Notes under the pieces: model-generated
Told to the model about the DNA's origin: nothing
Seen by the model: only the letters and a program-made list of their open reading frames with translations
Database searches by the model: none
Made by a program: the position numbers and the translations under genes
Source: Candidatus Hermodarchaeota archaeon
GTDB taxonomy: Archaea; Asgardarchaeota; Lokiarchaeia; Sigyniarchaeales; SOKP01
Length of the DNA stretch: 32,917 nt
Assembly (NCBI GenBank): GCA_048885925.1
Contig: JBHLLG010000030.1
Coordinates: 1 to 32,917, forward strand
Direction of reading: 5' to 3'
Part shown: piece after piece, positions 1 through 9,038 of the stretch
Layout: each line of letters opens with the position of its first letter
Position numbering within the stretch: the stretch's first letter is position 1

Positions 1-501
1 ACTTAAACCCCATTCAATTAGACTCCCTACTTTAAAAGTATCTTCTAATTTCCATTCATTTAATTCTAAATTCAAAATATGAAATTCAAGAGGTGGATGT
101 TCTTTAGCTTTTTCAATTCCTGCATTCACACCCTTTACGTAAGAAAGTAATCCTTGATAGATTTCATTATTAGGATCTTTTGCAAAACTTTCAGCATTTT
201 TTTTAGCAATTCGATGTAGTCCAATTATTCTATAATGTTTATCCCTATCAAGTGTAGCCTTTCCAACTAGTTCTGAAAGTGTGCCAGAAGATACTTTTCT
301 GAGAAATTCTAATTGCCATAATCTATGAGACGCATGAACATATCCCTGAGCGAAATAGGCATCATTTTGGGATTTTGCATAAATATGGGGGATTCCCCAT
401 TTGTCCCATAAAAGTTCAACTTCTTCTTTTAATCCTTTTAACTTTTCAGTTCCAGAAACGGGAGGAAAAGCATTTTTCGCCACATTTAGAAATTTTTCCA
501 T
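1..501 (-). CDS. Penicillin acylase family (Ntn-hydrolase, peptidase S45) protein, N-terminal part; runs off the window start
   Basis: Not in the ORF track. Manual translation from ATG at 501 gives MEKFLNVAKNAFPPVSGTEKLKGLKEEVELLWDKWGIPHIYAKSQNDAYFAQGYVHASHRLWQLEFLRK, matching the D-x-x-G-(I/V)PHIYA...FAQGY-x-HA-x-x-RL-W-Q signature. Confidence 0.88.
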   Translation of the reverse strand, partial: MEKFLNVAKNAFPPVSGTEKLKGLKEEVELLWDKWGIPHIYAKSQNDAYFAQGYVHASHRLWQLEFLRKVSSGTLSELVGKATLDRDKHYRIIGLHRIAKKNAESFAKDPNNEIYQGLLSYVKGVNAGIEKAKEHPPLEFHILNLELNEWKLEDTFKVGSLIEWGLS

Positions 502-687
502 TTTTAACTCTTCTCAGATTATATATTATTAAATATGAATATACTATGAATTAAAAGGAATTACTATTAGAAAAGGAATATAAAAATTAGATTTTAAAAC
601 ATTTATATTGAAATTTTTTTAATTTAAGTTAAAAAAAAGAGAAGATTTGTTAATTATTTGAATAATTTAAGGAAAATAACTGAAATC

Positions 688-1971
688 TTATAACATCTTA
701 AATAGTTGGCGTAATGCCATAGACATGATGTATTGTTGTATTTGCCGGCTTCCACCGACTATCTCTTGAATTCTAGAAATATTTACATAATCTTGCATTT
801 GAGTATTATCTGATAAACCAGCCCCGCCCATTAGGTTGGCTGCTTCGTAGCAAATTTCTTTGGAGAGACTAGTACAATGATATTTAAATTGACTTGCCGA
901 TGCAACCATTGCTCTGGAAATGTTTGTAGGAATTTTTCCCTCAAACTTTTCCATTTTCTTATCATACTCTTCACAGAATTTCAGCAATCCGATTGTTAGA
1001 TTCGTTGTTTTTGCCCATAAATCAGTTAAGAGGAATCCAACTCCTTGGAACTTCAGTATTTCTTGATCAAATTGTTTTCTCATGTTGGCATAAATCGCTG
1101 CATGAGATACTGCACCCCAACATTGAGAAATAGCCCCAAAAGCTATTCCTATTCGCTCGGGAACCAATCCTTCAAAGAGGTGTTCTCTTCCCTTACCAAT
1201 GCCTCCCAAAACATATTCTTTCGGAACTCTGAGATTTTCAAACCACTCATGTCCCAGATACAATTTTGGAACCCAGGGTATATTCACTCGTTCACATTTC
1301 CATCCTTCCCAATTGGTATTGATAAGAAACTGTGCCATTAAATTGCCATTATTTTTCTCTGCAGTGGCATAAGCAACTGCCCATTTGGATTTTGGTGCAT
1401 TGGTATTATATACTTTTTCACCATTCAGTAGAAAGCTCCCATCCTCCTGCTCTTCACAGGTACTGAGTTGATGAACAGCATCTGAACCACGTTCTGGTTC
1501 TGTGATACAAATACATCCTGCTGCTTTACCTGTAACAAGATCCTTTAGAGCTTCTAATCGTTCAGAGACATTATCATGATGTTCATAGATAGGATTAATA
1601 GCTAAAACTGTTGCGCCACTCCCCATCGCAAATTGAGTATCAAACATATCGATAGAAAGATATCGAAGAAAGTCTGCTACAATACCATAATAATTATAAC
1701 TAACATCAATCATATCAAAATTATGTGCTCTTGTAATATAACCTTCAGCTCCAAAATCGGGAATCCAATCGTAGACATCTTCATCGGAACCATGAGTTAT
1801 GCCATTCTTTTTTTCATATCTCATACAAAATTTTTGGACTGATTTAAGAAAATTGAATTGCTCTGGTGACAAAATTGGCATGAGATTATTGTTTAAGAAA
1901 GAATATCTGTTCCTCAAGCTCAGTTTATCTAAAATCTCATCATTAATTACTTGGTCTATATATCTTGACAT
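688..1971 (-). CDS. Acyl-CoA dehydrogenase family protein
   Basis: Motifs ITEPERGSDA, LNGEKVYNTNA, RKQFDQEI..FQGV, MGGAG and QEIVGGSRQIQ; 427 aa. Confidence 0.92.
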   Translation of the reverse strand: MSRYIDQVINDEILDKLSLRNRYSFLNNNLMPILSPEQFNFLKSVQKFCMRYEKKNGITHGSDEDVYDWIPDFGAEGYITRAHNFDMIDVSYNYYGIVADFLRYLSIDMFDTQFAMGSGATVLAINPIYEHHDNVSERLEALKDLVTGKAAGCICITEPERGSDAVHQLSTCEEQEDGSFLLNGEKVYNTNAPKSKWAVAYATAEKNNGNLMAQFLINTNWEGWKCERVNIPWVPKLYLGHEWFENLRVPKEYVLGGIGKGREHLFEGLVPERIGIAFGAISQCWGAVSHAAIYANMRKQFDQEILKFQGVGFLLTDLWAKTTNLTIGLLKFCEEYDKKMEKFEGKIPTNISRAMVASASQFKYHCTSLSKEICYEAANLMGGAGLSDNTQMQDYVNISRIQEIVGGSRQIQQYIMSMALRQLFKML

Positions 1972-2118
1972 TTTTTTACCCCTAAATTTGTGATTATACT
2001 ATTTTGAGATTAATAATTATACTAAGGAAAGTGCTAATTAACTTTTTAATTTTTGTATATGGGATTAATGATATTAAAAATTAGATTGTTATTTTTTACA
2101 AAATTTTAGTTTAATAAT

Positions 2119-2871
2119 TTAATATATTAATTTCTGTATTCTATTTGAAAGTCTTTTTGAGATAATTAACGCTGTTTCAAATGGACAATTACTCTTAAAT
2201 TGAATAACAGAGATGAAATGATCATCTATTCCTACTAAAGAAAGTACTCCAAATTTTTCTAACGAGATAAGTTCATTTACTTTATAATTACCCGAAATGA
2301 ATCTTCCCTCAAGAAGTCTAATTATTTCAGAAAGTATATTAGGCTCTAAAGAAGAAACGATTACTCTTCCTGTTTGAGTTAAGAGAGCTGAAGAAACCAC
2401 AAATGAAGAAAAGGTATGTAATTCATTAAACACATTTAACAATTCTTTTTGAATTTCTATTGATACTAGTTGGCTATGGTTTTCCATGATTTCATCGATA
2501 TTCTTCTCAAATTCAAAATATTTCGAAATTTCTCCATTAAACTTGTGAGCAAGCAAAGCTAGATCGAACTTACTAATGAATTGTTTTTTAATTTCCTTCA
2601 ATTGGTTTCGGATCTCAACTAGGTTATCTGTTCTATCACTAAAGAGAGCAAATAACAATTCATCCTGTCCAATCTTTTCAATTTCAAATATAAATCTAAA
2701 AAGCCCAACTTCAATTTCAGATAATTCTTCGGTTTTTAATGTCTGTTTTACAAATGAAAAAATCGCACTTAAGAAACTACTTGTTAATTTGATGTTAAAA
2801 ATATCTTCATACGTTTTATAGAAGATTAACTCACCAGTATTTCCTTTCATTATGAAGATATTTTTTATCAT
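2119..2871 (-). CDS. Longin-like domain (N-terminal) fused to a roadblock/LC7-like domain (C-terminal)
   Basis: The N-terminal IFIMKGNTGELIFYKTY..LTSSFLSAIFSFVKQ..LSEIEVG pattern is typical of Asgard longins. The C-terminal VVSSALLTQTGRVIVSS...ETALIISKRLSNRIQKLI pattern is roadblock-like. Recognised by pattern only. Confidence 0.7.
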   Translation of the reverse strand: MIKNIFIMKGNTGELIFYKTYEDIFNIKLTSSFLSAIFSFVKQTLKTEELSEIEVGLFRFIFEIEKIGQDELLFALFSDRTDNLVEIRNQLKEIKKQFISKFDLALLAHKFNGEISKYFEFEKNIDEIMENHSQLVSIEIQKELLNVFNELHTFSSFVVSSALLTQTGRVIVSSLEPNILSEIIRLLEGRFISGNYKVNELISLEKFGVLSLVGIDDHFISVIQFKSNCPFETALIISKRLSNRIQKLIY

Positions 2872-3102
2872 TTTATAAAGATAATATTTAGTTGGTTTTT
2901 CACATAACGATTTTATATCTCTAATAAAAGTTTATCTATAAAAATTCTTTTATTAATAAAGTTCTTATAGAAGACGCCACGAAAATTCGATAAAAACGCG
3001 TTAATCTTTAATAATCAAATTATTTGAGTTTACACATTCAAGTTAATAACAGATTACTGGATTATAAAAATAGATAAGTTAAAAATTTAATACGATTTGT
3101 CG

Positions 3103-3831
3103 TTAGAATCCATTGAATTTTGCCCATTCGTCTTCCTCGTCAAGTTCCTCCTCATCATCTACGTATTCTTCAACGTCTTCAGCTTTATATCCTTCTGAAA
3201 TCTCTTCTTCGAATTCTTCAAGCTCATCTTCAAAAGTTATAGCTTTTTCTAAATCTGTAATAGCTCCACCAGATACTTTAATTTCTGGAACAATTGCTTC
3301 TACTGGTTGCTTCTTTTCGACTAATTTTAAATAATCTCCATGGATTTTGATAGTTATTGGAGTTTCTTCTTGTAGAAGTCTCACAACTACTTCTTCACTC
3401 GAACTTGTATCGTGAGGCATACGCATTACAATTGCTCGTGAACCTTCAAATACTCCACTTATTATTTCAACAGTATCACCCTCTTCTAAGTATTCTGTCA
3501 CACTTCTTGGTAATAAGACATGCTTCAATTCAGTTAATTTAATATTTTGTACAATTCTTCCTTTAATATGTGGAATCCCTTGAACCGCTATCTGTACATC
3601 GCGCTTTTGAGGAGCCTCAAAAAAGACATAACCTGGAAGCAAAGGAGAAACGAGCATAGCTCGTATATCAGGAATCACATCTAAGATCTTGAATCTATAA
3701 AATATTTGTTTTAAAATGTTACTTTCTTGATTAATTGTAGTCCTTACAGCAAATAGAGTTGTTAATTCTTCTTTATCTTCAATTTCATCTTTACTAATGA
3801 TTGTTTTTATTTCCTCTTCTTGATCGACCAT
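3103..3831 (-). CDS. spt5: Transcription elongation factor Spt5 (NusG family; NGN + KOW) with long acidic C-terminal tail
   Basis: NGN: FAVRTTINQE...LPGYVFFEA. KOW: GDTVEIISGVFEGSRAIV. Confidence 0.9.
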   Translation of the reverse strand: MVDQEEEIKTIISKDEIEDKEELTTLFAVRTTINQESNILKQIFYRFKILDVIPDIRAMLVSPLLPGYVFFEAPQKRDVQIAVQGIPHIKGRIVQNIKLTELKHVLLPRSVTEYLEEGDTVEIISGVFEGSRAIVMRMPHDTSSSEEVVVRLLQEETPITIKIHGDYLKLVEKKQPVEAIVPEIKVSGGAITDLEKAITFEDELEEFEEEISEGYKAEDVEEYVDDEEELDEEDEWAKFNGF

Positions 3832-4008
3832 TTATTTCACGAATCCTACTTGAATTTGGGTATTATTAAATTATTTTTTGGAAAATAAGTATAATTTTAT
3901 TATAGAATACAAAATTAAAAAATTTTGTCTTTTTATTACACTTTGAATAAGAATCCTTATTCGTACTAAAATTAAAATTAAGTTTAATAATCTAATATAT
4001 TTTTAACT

Positions 4009-4386
4009 CTAGAGGGGAATATTATTAATATCTAGTAGTTCGGGTATTTTGTTATTCCTTTCAAGCCAGGAAATCTCATGTTTCATATATCTCCATGTTA
4101 TTTCACATTTTCCCAGTTTATCATCGGTTTCTGTTTCCCATTCCCATGGGTTCACTATTACTAAATCAGCTAGCCTTATCCATACTCTTTTCTTTATTTT
4201 TCCCCGTATTCTTCCTATTCTATGTTTCCCATCCTCGCAGAAAACTTCCATTCGGTCATTTCCAAAAATACCTACAATCCGTCCAAACATTTCTCCTAAT
4301 TTTCTATTAGGGAATTTTACACGTGTAACTACAGGTTCTTCTTGAGGACCTCCTCTCTTTTTCCTTTTTCCTTTTTTTTTAGCCAT
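4009..4386 (-). CDS. eif1a: Translation initiation factor aIF-1A
   Basis: Basic N-terminal tail and OB-fold motif GNDRMEVFCEDGKHRIGRIRGKIKKRVWIRLADLVIVNPW...ITWRY. Confidence 0.95.
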   Translation of the reverse strand: MAKKKGKRKKRGGPQEEPVVTRVKFPNRKLGEMFGRIVGIFGNDRMEVFCEDGKHRIGRIRGKIKKRVWIRLADLVIVNPWEWETETDDKLGKCEITWRYMKHEISWLERNNKIPELLDINNIPL

Positions 4387-4412
4387 CTTGTTTTAACTCT
4401 ATTCTATTAATA

Positions 4413-4748
4413 TTAAATCTTATCCTCGGGCTTATAATCACCCTTTATGAACACAATTTTGATAGGTTTATTAGAATCATTCCGAATATTATGCATTTCT
4501 TTTGGCTCACATAAAAAAACAGTTCCTTGGGGTGCTTTATATTCCTTGTCATTAATTATCATAATACCATCCCCTTCCATAAAATAGAAAGTTTCATCAA
4601 CTATATTATGACCATGCGCTGTATCACCCATTAATTCACCAGGTTTAAGTAAAATAACGCCCCAATCTATAGAAGGCCCTCTCATAAGATATTTCACACC
4701 AGATTCTCCACCTCTATATTCAAAATCATTCTCATGAACTTTTTTAAT
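4413..4748 (-). CDS. Cupin domain protein (probable true start upstream of the GTG called at 4697)
   Basis: Cupin motifs HGHNIVDETFYFMEGDG and PKEMHNIRN. The frame stays open upstream (IKKVHENDFEYRGGESG) to ATT at 4748/ATA at 4751, behind an SD-like AGGTGA at 4755-4760. Confidence 0.8.
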   Translation of the reverse strand: MKKVHENDFEYRGGESGVKYLMRGPSIDWGVILLKPGELMGDTAHGHNIVDETFYFMEGDGIMIINDKEYKAPQGTVFLCEPKEMHNIRNDSNKPIKIVFIKGDYKPEDKI

Positions 4749-4893
4749 TATAAGTCACCTTTGTCTAAATTGATATAAAACAAATTATCTAGAGTAAATT
4801 ATAAATCTTACCTATTATAAACAGATTCATAGTATTTCTATTTAAAATCAATCATTTTTAGTGTAATAAATTTCACAATTTCATGAAAATTAA

Positions 4894-6093
4894 TTGGTGA
4901 ATCTCATGATTCCTGCTTTTAATTTTGCTAGCATTCCACATATAATTTTTGGAGCTGGAAAACTAAATGAGCTATATGAAACTATTCCAAAATTTGGAAA
5001 GAATGTTCTTTTTATCATTGGAGGGAAATCACTTAAACAATCAGGTAAATGGGATGAAATTATCTCTACCTTAGAAAACAAATCTTTTCATTATTTAAAT
5101 ATATCCATTTCAGGAGAACCCTCACCATTTTTTATCGATAAATCTGCTATGGAATTTCGAAAAGAAAATATAGATTTAGTTATAGGTATTGGAGGGGGTA
5201 GTGTTATTGATACAGGCAAAGCGATATCAGCAATGATACCAAAACAAGATTCAATTAAAAATTACCTTGAAGGAGTTGGAACTAAAGTCCATGATGGAAA
5301 AAAAATTCCCTATATTGCAGTTCCTACAACATCTGGAACTGGAAGTGAAGCAACTAAAAACGCTGTCATCAGTGAAATAGGTCCTGATGGTTATAAAAAA
5401 TCTTTACGTCATGATAATCTTATCCCAAATATTGCGATTATTGATCCTGAGCTTATGATTTCTTGTCCATCATCAATTTCAGCTGCTTGTGGAATGGATG
5501 CTTTTACGCAACTACTTGAAGCATATGTTTCTCCAAAAGGAAGCCTAATGACAGATTCATTAGCATATAGTGGGATGAAATTTATAAGCGAAAATCTTCT
5601 ATTAGTATGTTCAACTGGTGCAGCTGATGTGATGATTCGAGCAGCAATGGCCTATGGGGCTTTAATGTCAGGAATAGCCCTTGCAAATGCAGGCCTAGGA
5701 ATTGTTCATGGATTAGCCTCTGCAATTGGAGGATTTTATAAAATTCCTCATGGTGTAGTATGTGGTACTCTACTTTCTGAAGCTACTAAAATGAATATTC
5801 AAATGTTGAAAAAACAAGGAAGTGCAAGTAGACAAGCATTAAAAAAATATGCTCAGATAGGAGCTTTATTATCTGGTAACGAATATGTGGAACAAAATAA
5901 AATAACTGAATATTGCACGAAACTAGTAGAAGTCTTAGAAAGATGGACGACAGAATTAGAAATTGATTTTTTAGGAAAATATGGTATTATCGAAAAAGAT
6001 ATTGATAAAATTGTGGATTATTCGCAATTAAAAAACAATCCAGTTAATTTAAATAAAGAAAACATCAAAACTATACTGATGAATAGATTGTAA
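4894..6093 (+). CDS. Iron-containing (family III) alcohol dehydrogenase
   Basis: Motifs GGGSVIDTGK, VPTTSGTGSE, GMDAFTQLLEAY, GLGIVHGLA and PHGVVCG. Confidence 0.93.
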   Translation: MVNLMIPAFNFASIPHIIFGAGKLNELYETIPKFGKNVLFIIGGKSLKQSGKWDEIISTLENKSFHYLNISISGEPSPFFIDKSAMEFRKENIDLVIGIGGGSVIDTGKAISAMIPKQDSIKNYLEGVGTKVHDGKKIPYIAVPTTSGTGSEATKNAVISEIGPDGYKKSLRHDNLIPNIAIIDPELMISCPSSISAACGMDAFTQLLEAYVSPKGSLMTDSLAYSGMKFISENLLLVCSTGAADVMIRAAMAYGALMSGIALANAGLGIVHGLASAIGGFYKIPHGVVCGTLLSEATKMNIQMLKKQGSASRQALKKYAQIGALLSGNEYVEQNKITEYCTKLVEVLERWTTELEIDFLGKYGIIEKDIDKIVDYSQLKNNPVNLNKENIKTILMNRL

Positions 6094-6119
6094 TTTTGTA
6101 TATTAAAACTACAATCTTT

Positions 6120-6650
6120 TTATAATTTTTTAATAAGCTCTTTTGCTAACAACTCAAATGCCAAGTTAACATTATCACCTGTCTTCGAAGAAATCTTAAG
6201 ATAATCACAAAACCCATATTGTTCTACAAATTTTTCAGCAAAAGTATCATCAACAGTAATCTTTTCTTCTAAATCTAATTTTGTTCCTAAGAATATAATG
6301 GGAATTGCAGGATTGCTTTGTCTACAAATATTAACCCATTGTTCTATATTATTTAAGCTTGATACTCGAGTAAGATCAAAAAGTAATAATGCGCCTCTTG
6401 CTCCAATAGCATAATTTTTTAAAAGAAATCTGAAATGTTCCTGCCCTCCAAAGTCCCAAACTTGAAGTAAAATTTTTTTTCCTTCTATTTTAAGTTCTTT
6501 GAGGAAAAATTCCACTCCGATAGTTAAGCGAGTGTCAGCAAGAAAAACACCTTCTATGTATCTGTGTAGAAGAGTTGTTTTTCCAACGCCACCCTCTCCA
6601 CACGTAATTATTTTAAATAATATCGGCTTGGAACTCTGTCTTCTAAACAT
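6120..6650 (-). CDS. Rab/Ras-like small GTPase
   Basis: G1 GEGGVGKT, G2 TIGVEF, G3 WDFGGQ, G4 TKLD, G5 SSK; no C-terminal prenylation cysteines. Confidence 0.93.
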   Translation of the reverse strand: MFRRQSSKPILFKIITCGEGGVGKTTLLHRYIEGVFLADTRLTIGVEFFLKELKIEGKKILLQVWDFGGQEHFRFLLKNYAIGARGALLLFDLTRVSSLNNIEQWVNICRQSNPAIPIIFLGTKLDLEEKITVDDTFAEKFVEQYGFCDYLKISSKTGDNVNLAFELLAKELIKKL

Positions 6651-6772
6651 TATTACTCTCTCCGATGCTATTTGGATTCAAAAACCACTTTTTACTTATT
6701 ATAAATAGAGATTCTCAAATTAAAATTATATTCTAAAATATAGTATTCATTTTATAGTTTTATTAATATTTT

Positions 6773-7216
6773 TTAAGCTCTTTCTATAGATAAATATTTT
6801 CTCTGTCTAAGAAAAATCGTACTGATGTGCTGCTTTATCGCCTTTTTACGTAATTCCGAATCATTTGTCGCAAGGAATACATTATTACCCTTACTTTTTA
6901 AATTTATTAGTTCTTTTAATAAAAATTCGTCTGTACTCTCATGAGGACTTTTTATATCCTTTAAAAACTCTATATTGTAACTTTCTTTATTATTCTCGAG
7001 ATAAATCAATCCTGATTCAAGGAATCTTATAAATTTAGAGGTCTTGTTTTCTTTTCTTCTTTTATTTTCAAGTTCATCTAAAATTTGCTGGAATATTATA
7101 AATTTAAGCCTTCCATCAATATTTGATCTAATCTCATTAAAGTAATCTATCTTAAATTGAAAAGGGAGTAAAATGAAATTAGAATCTATAACTATTATGT
7201 TTTCAGTGGATTTCAA
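6773..7216 (-). CDS. PIN-domain ribonuclease (archaeal Fcf1/Utp24-like)
   Basis: VIDSNFILLPFQFKID, ILDEL, STDE and LATNDSELRKKA carry the conserved acidic PIN residues. The TTG start overlaps the upstream TGA. Confidence 0.85.
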   Translation of the reverse strand: MKSTENIIVIDSNFILLPFQFKIDYFNEIRSNIDGRLKFIIFQQILDELENKRRKENKTSKFIRFLESGLIYLENNKESYNIEFLKDIKSPHESTDEFLLKELINLKSKGNNVFLATNDSELRKKAIKQHISTIFLRQRKYLSIERA

Positions 7217-7734
7217 TACGATTGGCGCTCTAATATCTTTTTTGTTAAAATTTCAAACGCTCTTATAACATTTTCACCCGTTTTTGAAGAGATTTTAAGA
7301 AAATCAATTAAATTAAATTCATTTAGAAATGATATTGCATAATCGTCATCAACCATAATCTCATCTTCTAAGTCTAATTTGGTCCCTAAAAATAGGATGG
7401 GAAGATTTGGATCTCCTTTCCGTACAATATTGACCCATTGCTGCAAATTTTCTAAAGTGGTGATTCTTGTTAGATCAAACATCAATAGAGCGCCTTTAGC
7501 ACCTAACACATAACTTTCAAGTAAGAATCGAAACCTCTCCTGCCCACCGAAATCCCAGAGCTGTAATGTACATTGTTTAGAATCAACTTCTGTCTCTTTT
7601 AAAAAAAACTCGACCCCTATGGTCATCTTTGTTTCAGCTGAGAACTTTCCCTCCACATAACGATGAAGGAGTGTAGTTTTTCCCACTCCACCCTCTCCTG
7701 CGGTTAATATCTTTAATATGAATTTTTGTGGCAT
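7213..7734 (-). CDS. Rab/Ras-like small GTPase
   Basis: GEGGVGKT, TIGVEF, LQLWDFGGQERFR, TKLD and ISSKTG; clear paralog of 6120-6650. Confidence 0.94.
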   Translation of the reverse strand: MPQKFILKILTAGEGGVGKTTLLHRYVEGKFSAETKMTIGVEFFLKETEVDSKQCTLQLWDFGGQERFRFLLESYVLGAKGALLMFDLTRITTLENLQQWVNIVRKGDPNLPILFLGTKLDLEDEIMVDDDYAISFLNEFNLIDFLKISSKTGENVIRAFEILTKKILERQSY

Positions 7735-8031
7735 TTTTTTAATCTCTTTCTAATTTTTGGGCGAATCAAGTTAAATATTAATTCTTTGGAGCGTTTTTTT
7801 AAAGATAAGTAAATTTTTATGTTATAATAATAATCATAAAACCTATTAATATTCTTTTTTGAAACGACAATTTGAAATTATTTGAATTGAATAATTATTT
7901 TTTCTTTATGTTTTTTATCAAAATTATATCATTAAAAATGAATTTGAAAATAAATTTTATTAATCTCGGTATAATAATTACTACAAATCTTTTACACAAA
8001 AATTGATGGATAACACATTAAGTGATTTATT

Positions 8032-8325
8032 ATGAAAATGAAAAAGAAAGTGCCGACTGAAGAAGAATTAAAAAAAATGAAAGTAAAATCTTGGGGAACA
8101 TGGAGTAAAGAAGTGAGTAAATTTGATTGGTCTTATGATGATACTGAGACATGTTATATTTTAGATGGAGAAGTGGAAGTTACAGATTCGGATACTGGGG
8201 AAAAAATTGAGTTTAAAAAAGGTGATCTGGTACAATTTGAAAAAGGCTTAAAATGTGAGTGGAACGTGAAAAAGCCAGTTCGCAAGCATTTTAATTTTAA
8301 ATTGGATTTTGGAGAGATCGATTAA
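8032..8325 (+). CDS. Small cupin (DUF861/EutQ-like)
   Basis: WGTWSKEVSKFDWSYDDTETCYILDGEVEV...GDLVQFEKGLKCEWNVKKPVRKHF. Confidence 0.88.
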   Translation: MKMKKKVPTEEELKKMKVKSWGTWSKEVSKFDWSYDDTETCYILDGEVEVTDSDTGEKIEFKKGDLVQFEKGLKCEWNVKKPVRKHFNFKLDFGEID

Positions 8326-8403
8326 TTCAGTTTTTTTCTTTTTTTTTCTTAATTAATTATATTGCATTTAATAGAACTAACTAGAGACAATTAAAATTCA
8401 ATG

Positions 8404-8958
8404 TTATAAAAACCTTTGTTGTTCCTTATGTTCTTTTACAGAGATTTCTCTTTCATTAAGCCTATTAAGCTTTACCAATGTGTCCTTTATTGCCTTAATC
8501 TCAGCTCTAGTAATAATTTTGTAATTTTTTAAGTTATCAAGAATTTCTTTTTCACTATAGCCTTTATTATAAAATTCTTTGAACTTTTCAATAGTATCAG
8601 CATGATAAAAAATATATTGTTTCTCAACAAAGGTAATTAACCACTTTTTTTTCTCTTGATCTTGTGATAATTCAAATAAGTGGTTTTGGATCTTTTCCAA
8701 AGGTTTCCTAAACTTTTTTGCGATTAATTCATCTTCTAATTTGTAGAATTTCTTTAAAAATTTATTGAATTTTCTTTTAAAAAGCAATCCCGGAATATAT
8801 GATAAAAAAAACAAGACTAATGTGATTCCCGTCATCCAAAGTGCTGCTGGTATATTAAAAAACGCAATAATTACAATAATTGCGACAAGAAATAGAAACC
8901 AACTTCTACCTATAGTTTTTATTAGTACAATATATTTTTTTGGCAAGATTACACTCAA
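8404..8958 (-). CDS. Hypothetical membrane protein (two N-terminal TM helices, soluble C-terminus)
   Basis: Hydrophobic segments WFLFLVAIIVIIAFF and LWMTGITLVLFFLSYIPGLLF; 184-aa ORF. Confidence 0.65.
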   Translation of the reverse strand: MSVILPKKYIVLIKTIGRSWFLFLVAIIVIIAFFNIPAALWMTGITLVLFFLSYIPGLLFKRKFNKFLKKFYKLEDELIAKKFRKPLEKIQNHLFELSQDQEKKKWLITFVEKQYIFYHADTIEKFKEFYNKGYSEKEILDNLKNYKIITRAEIKAIKDTLVKLNRLNEREISVKEHKEQQRFL

Positions 8959-9022
8959 AGACTAATTTAATGTTAATTAAGGATATAATTAATAATTTAA
9001 AAACTTAATTTTAGAGGAATCT

Positions 9023-9037
9023 AAAAATTTTAGAAAA
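9023..9037 (-). terminator. Putative oligo-T terminator of the 5S precursor
   Basis: The minus strand reads TTTTCTAAAATTTTT immediately after the 3' arm of the terminal inverted repeat. The AT-rich background weakens this. Confidence 0.35.
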
Positions 9038-9038
9038 G

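Noticed and set aside
1045-1993. Plus-strand ORFs 1045-1341, 1633-1842 and 1799-1993
   Set aside because: Antisense shadows of the acyl-CoA dehydrogenase with no recognisable motifs.
3113-3334. Poly-serine ORF or apparent simple repeat
   Set aside because: Antisense reading of the Glu/Asp-rich Spt5 tail.
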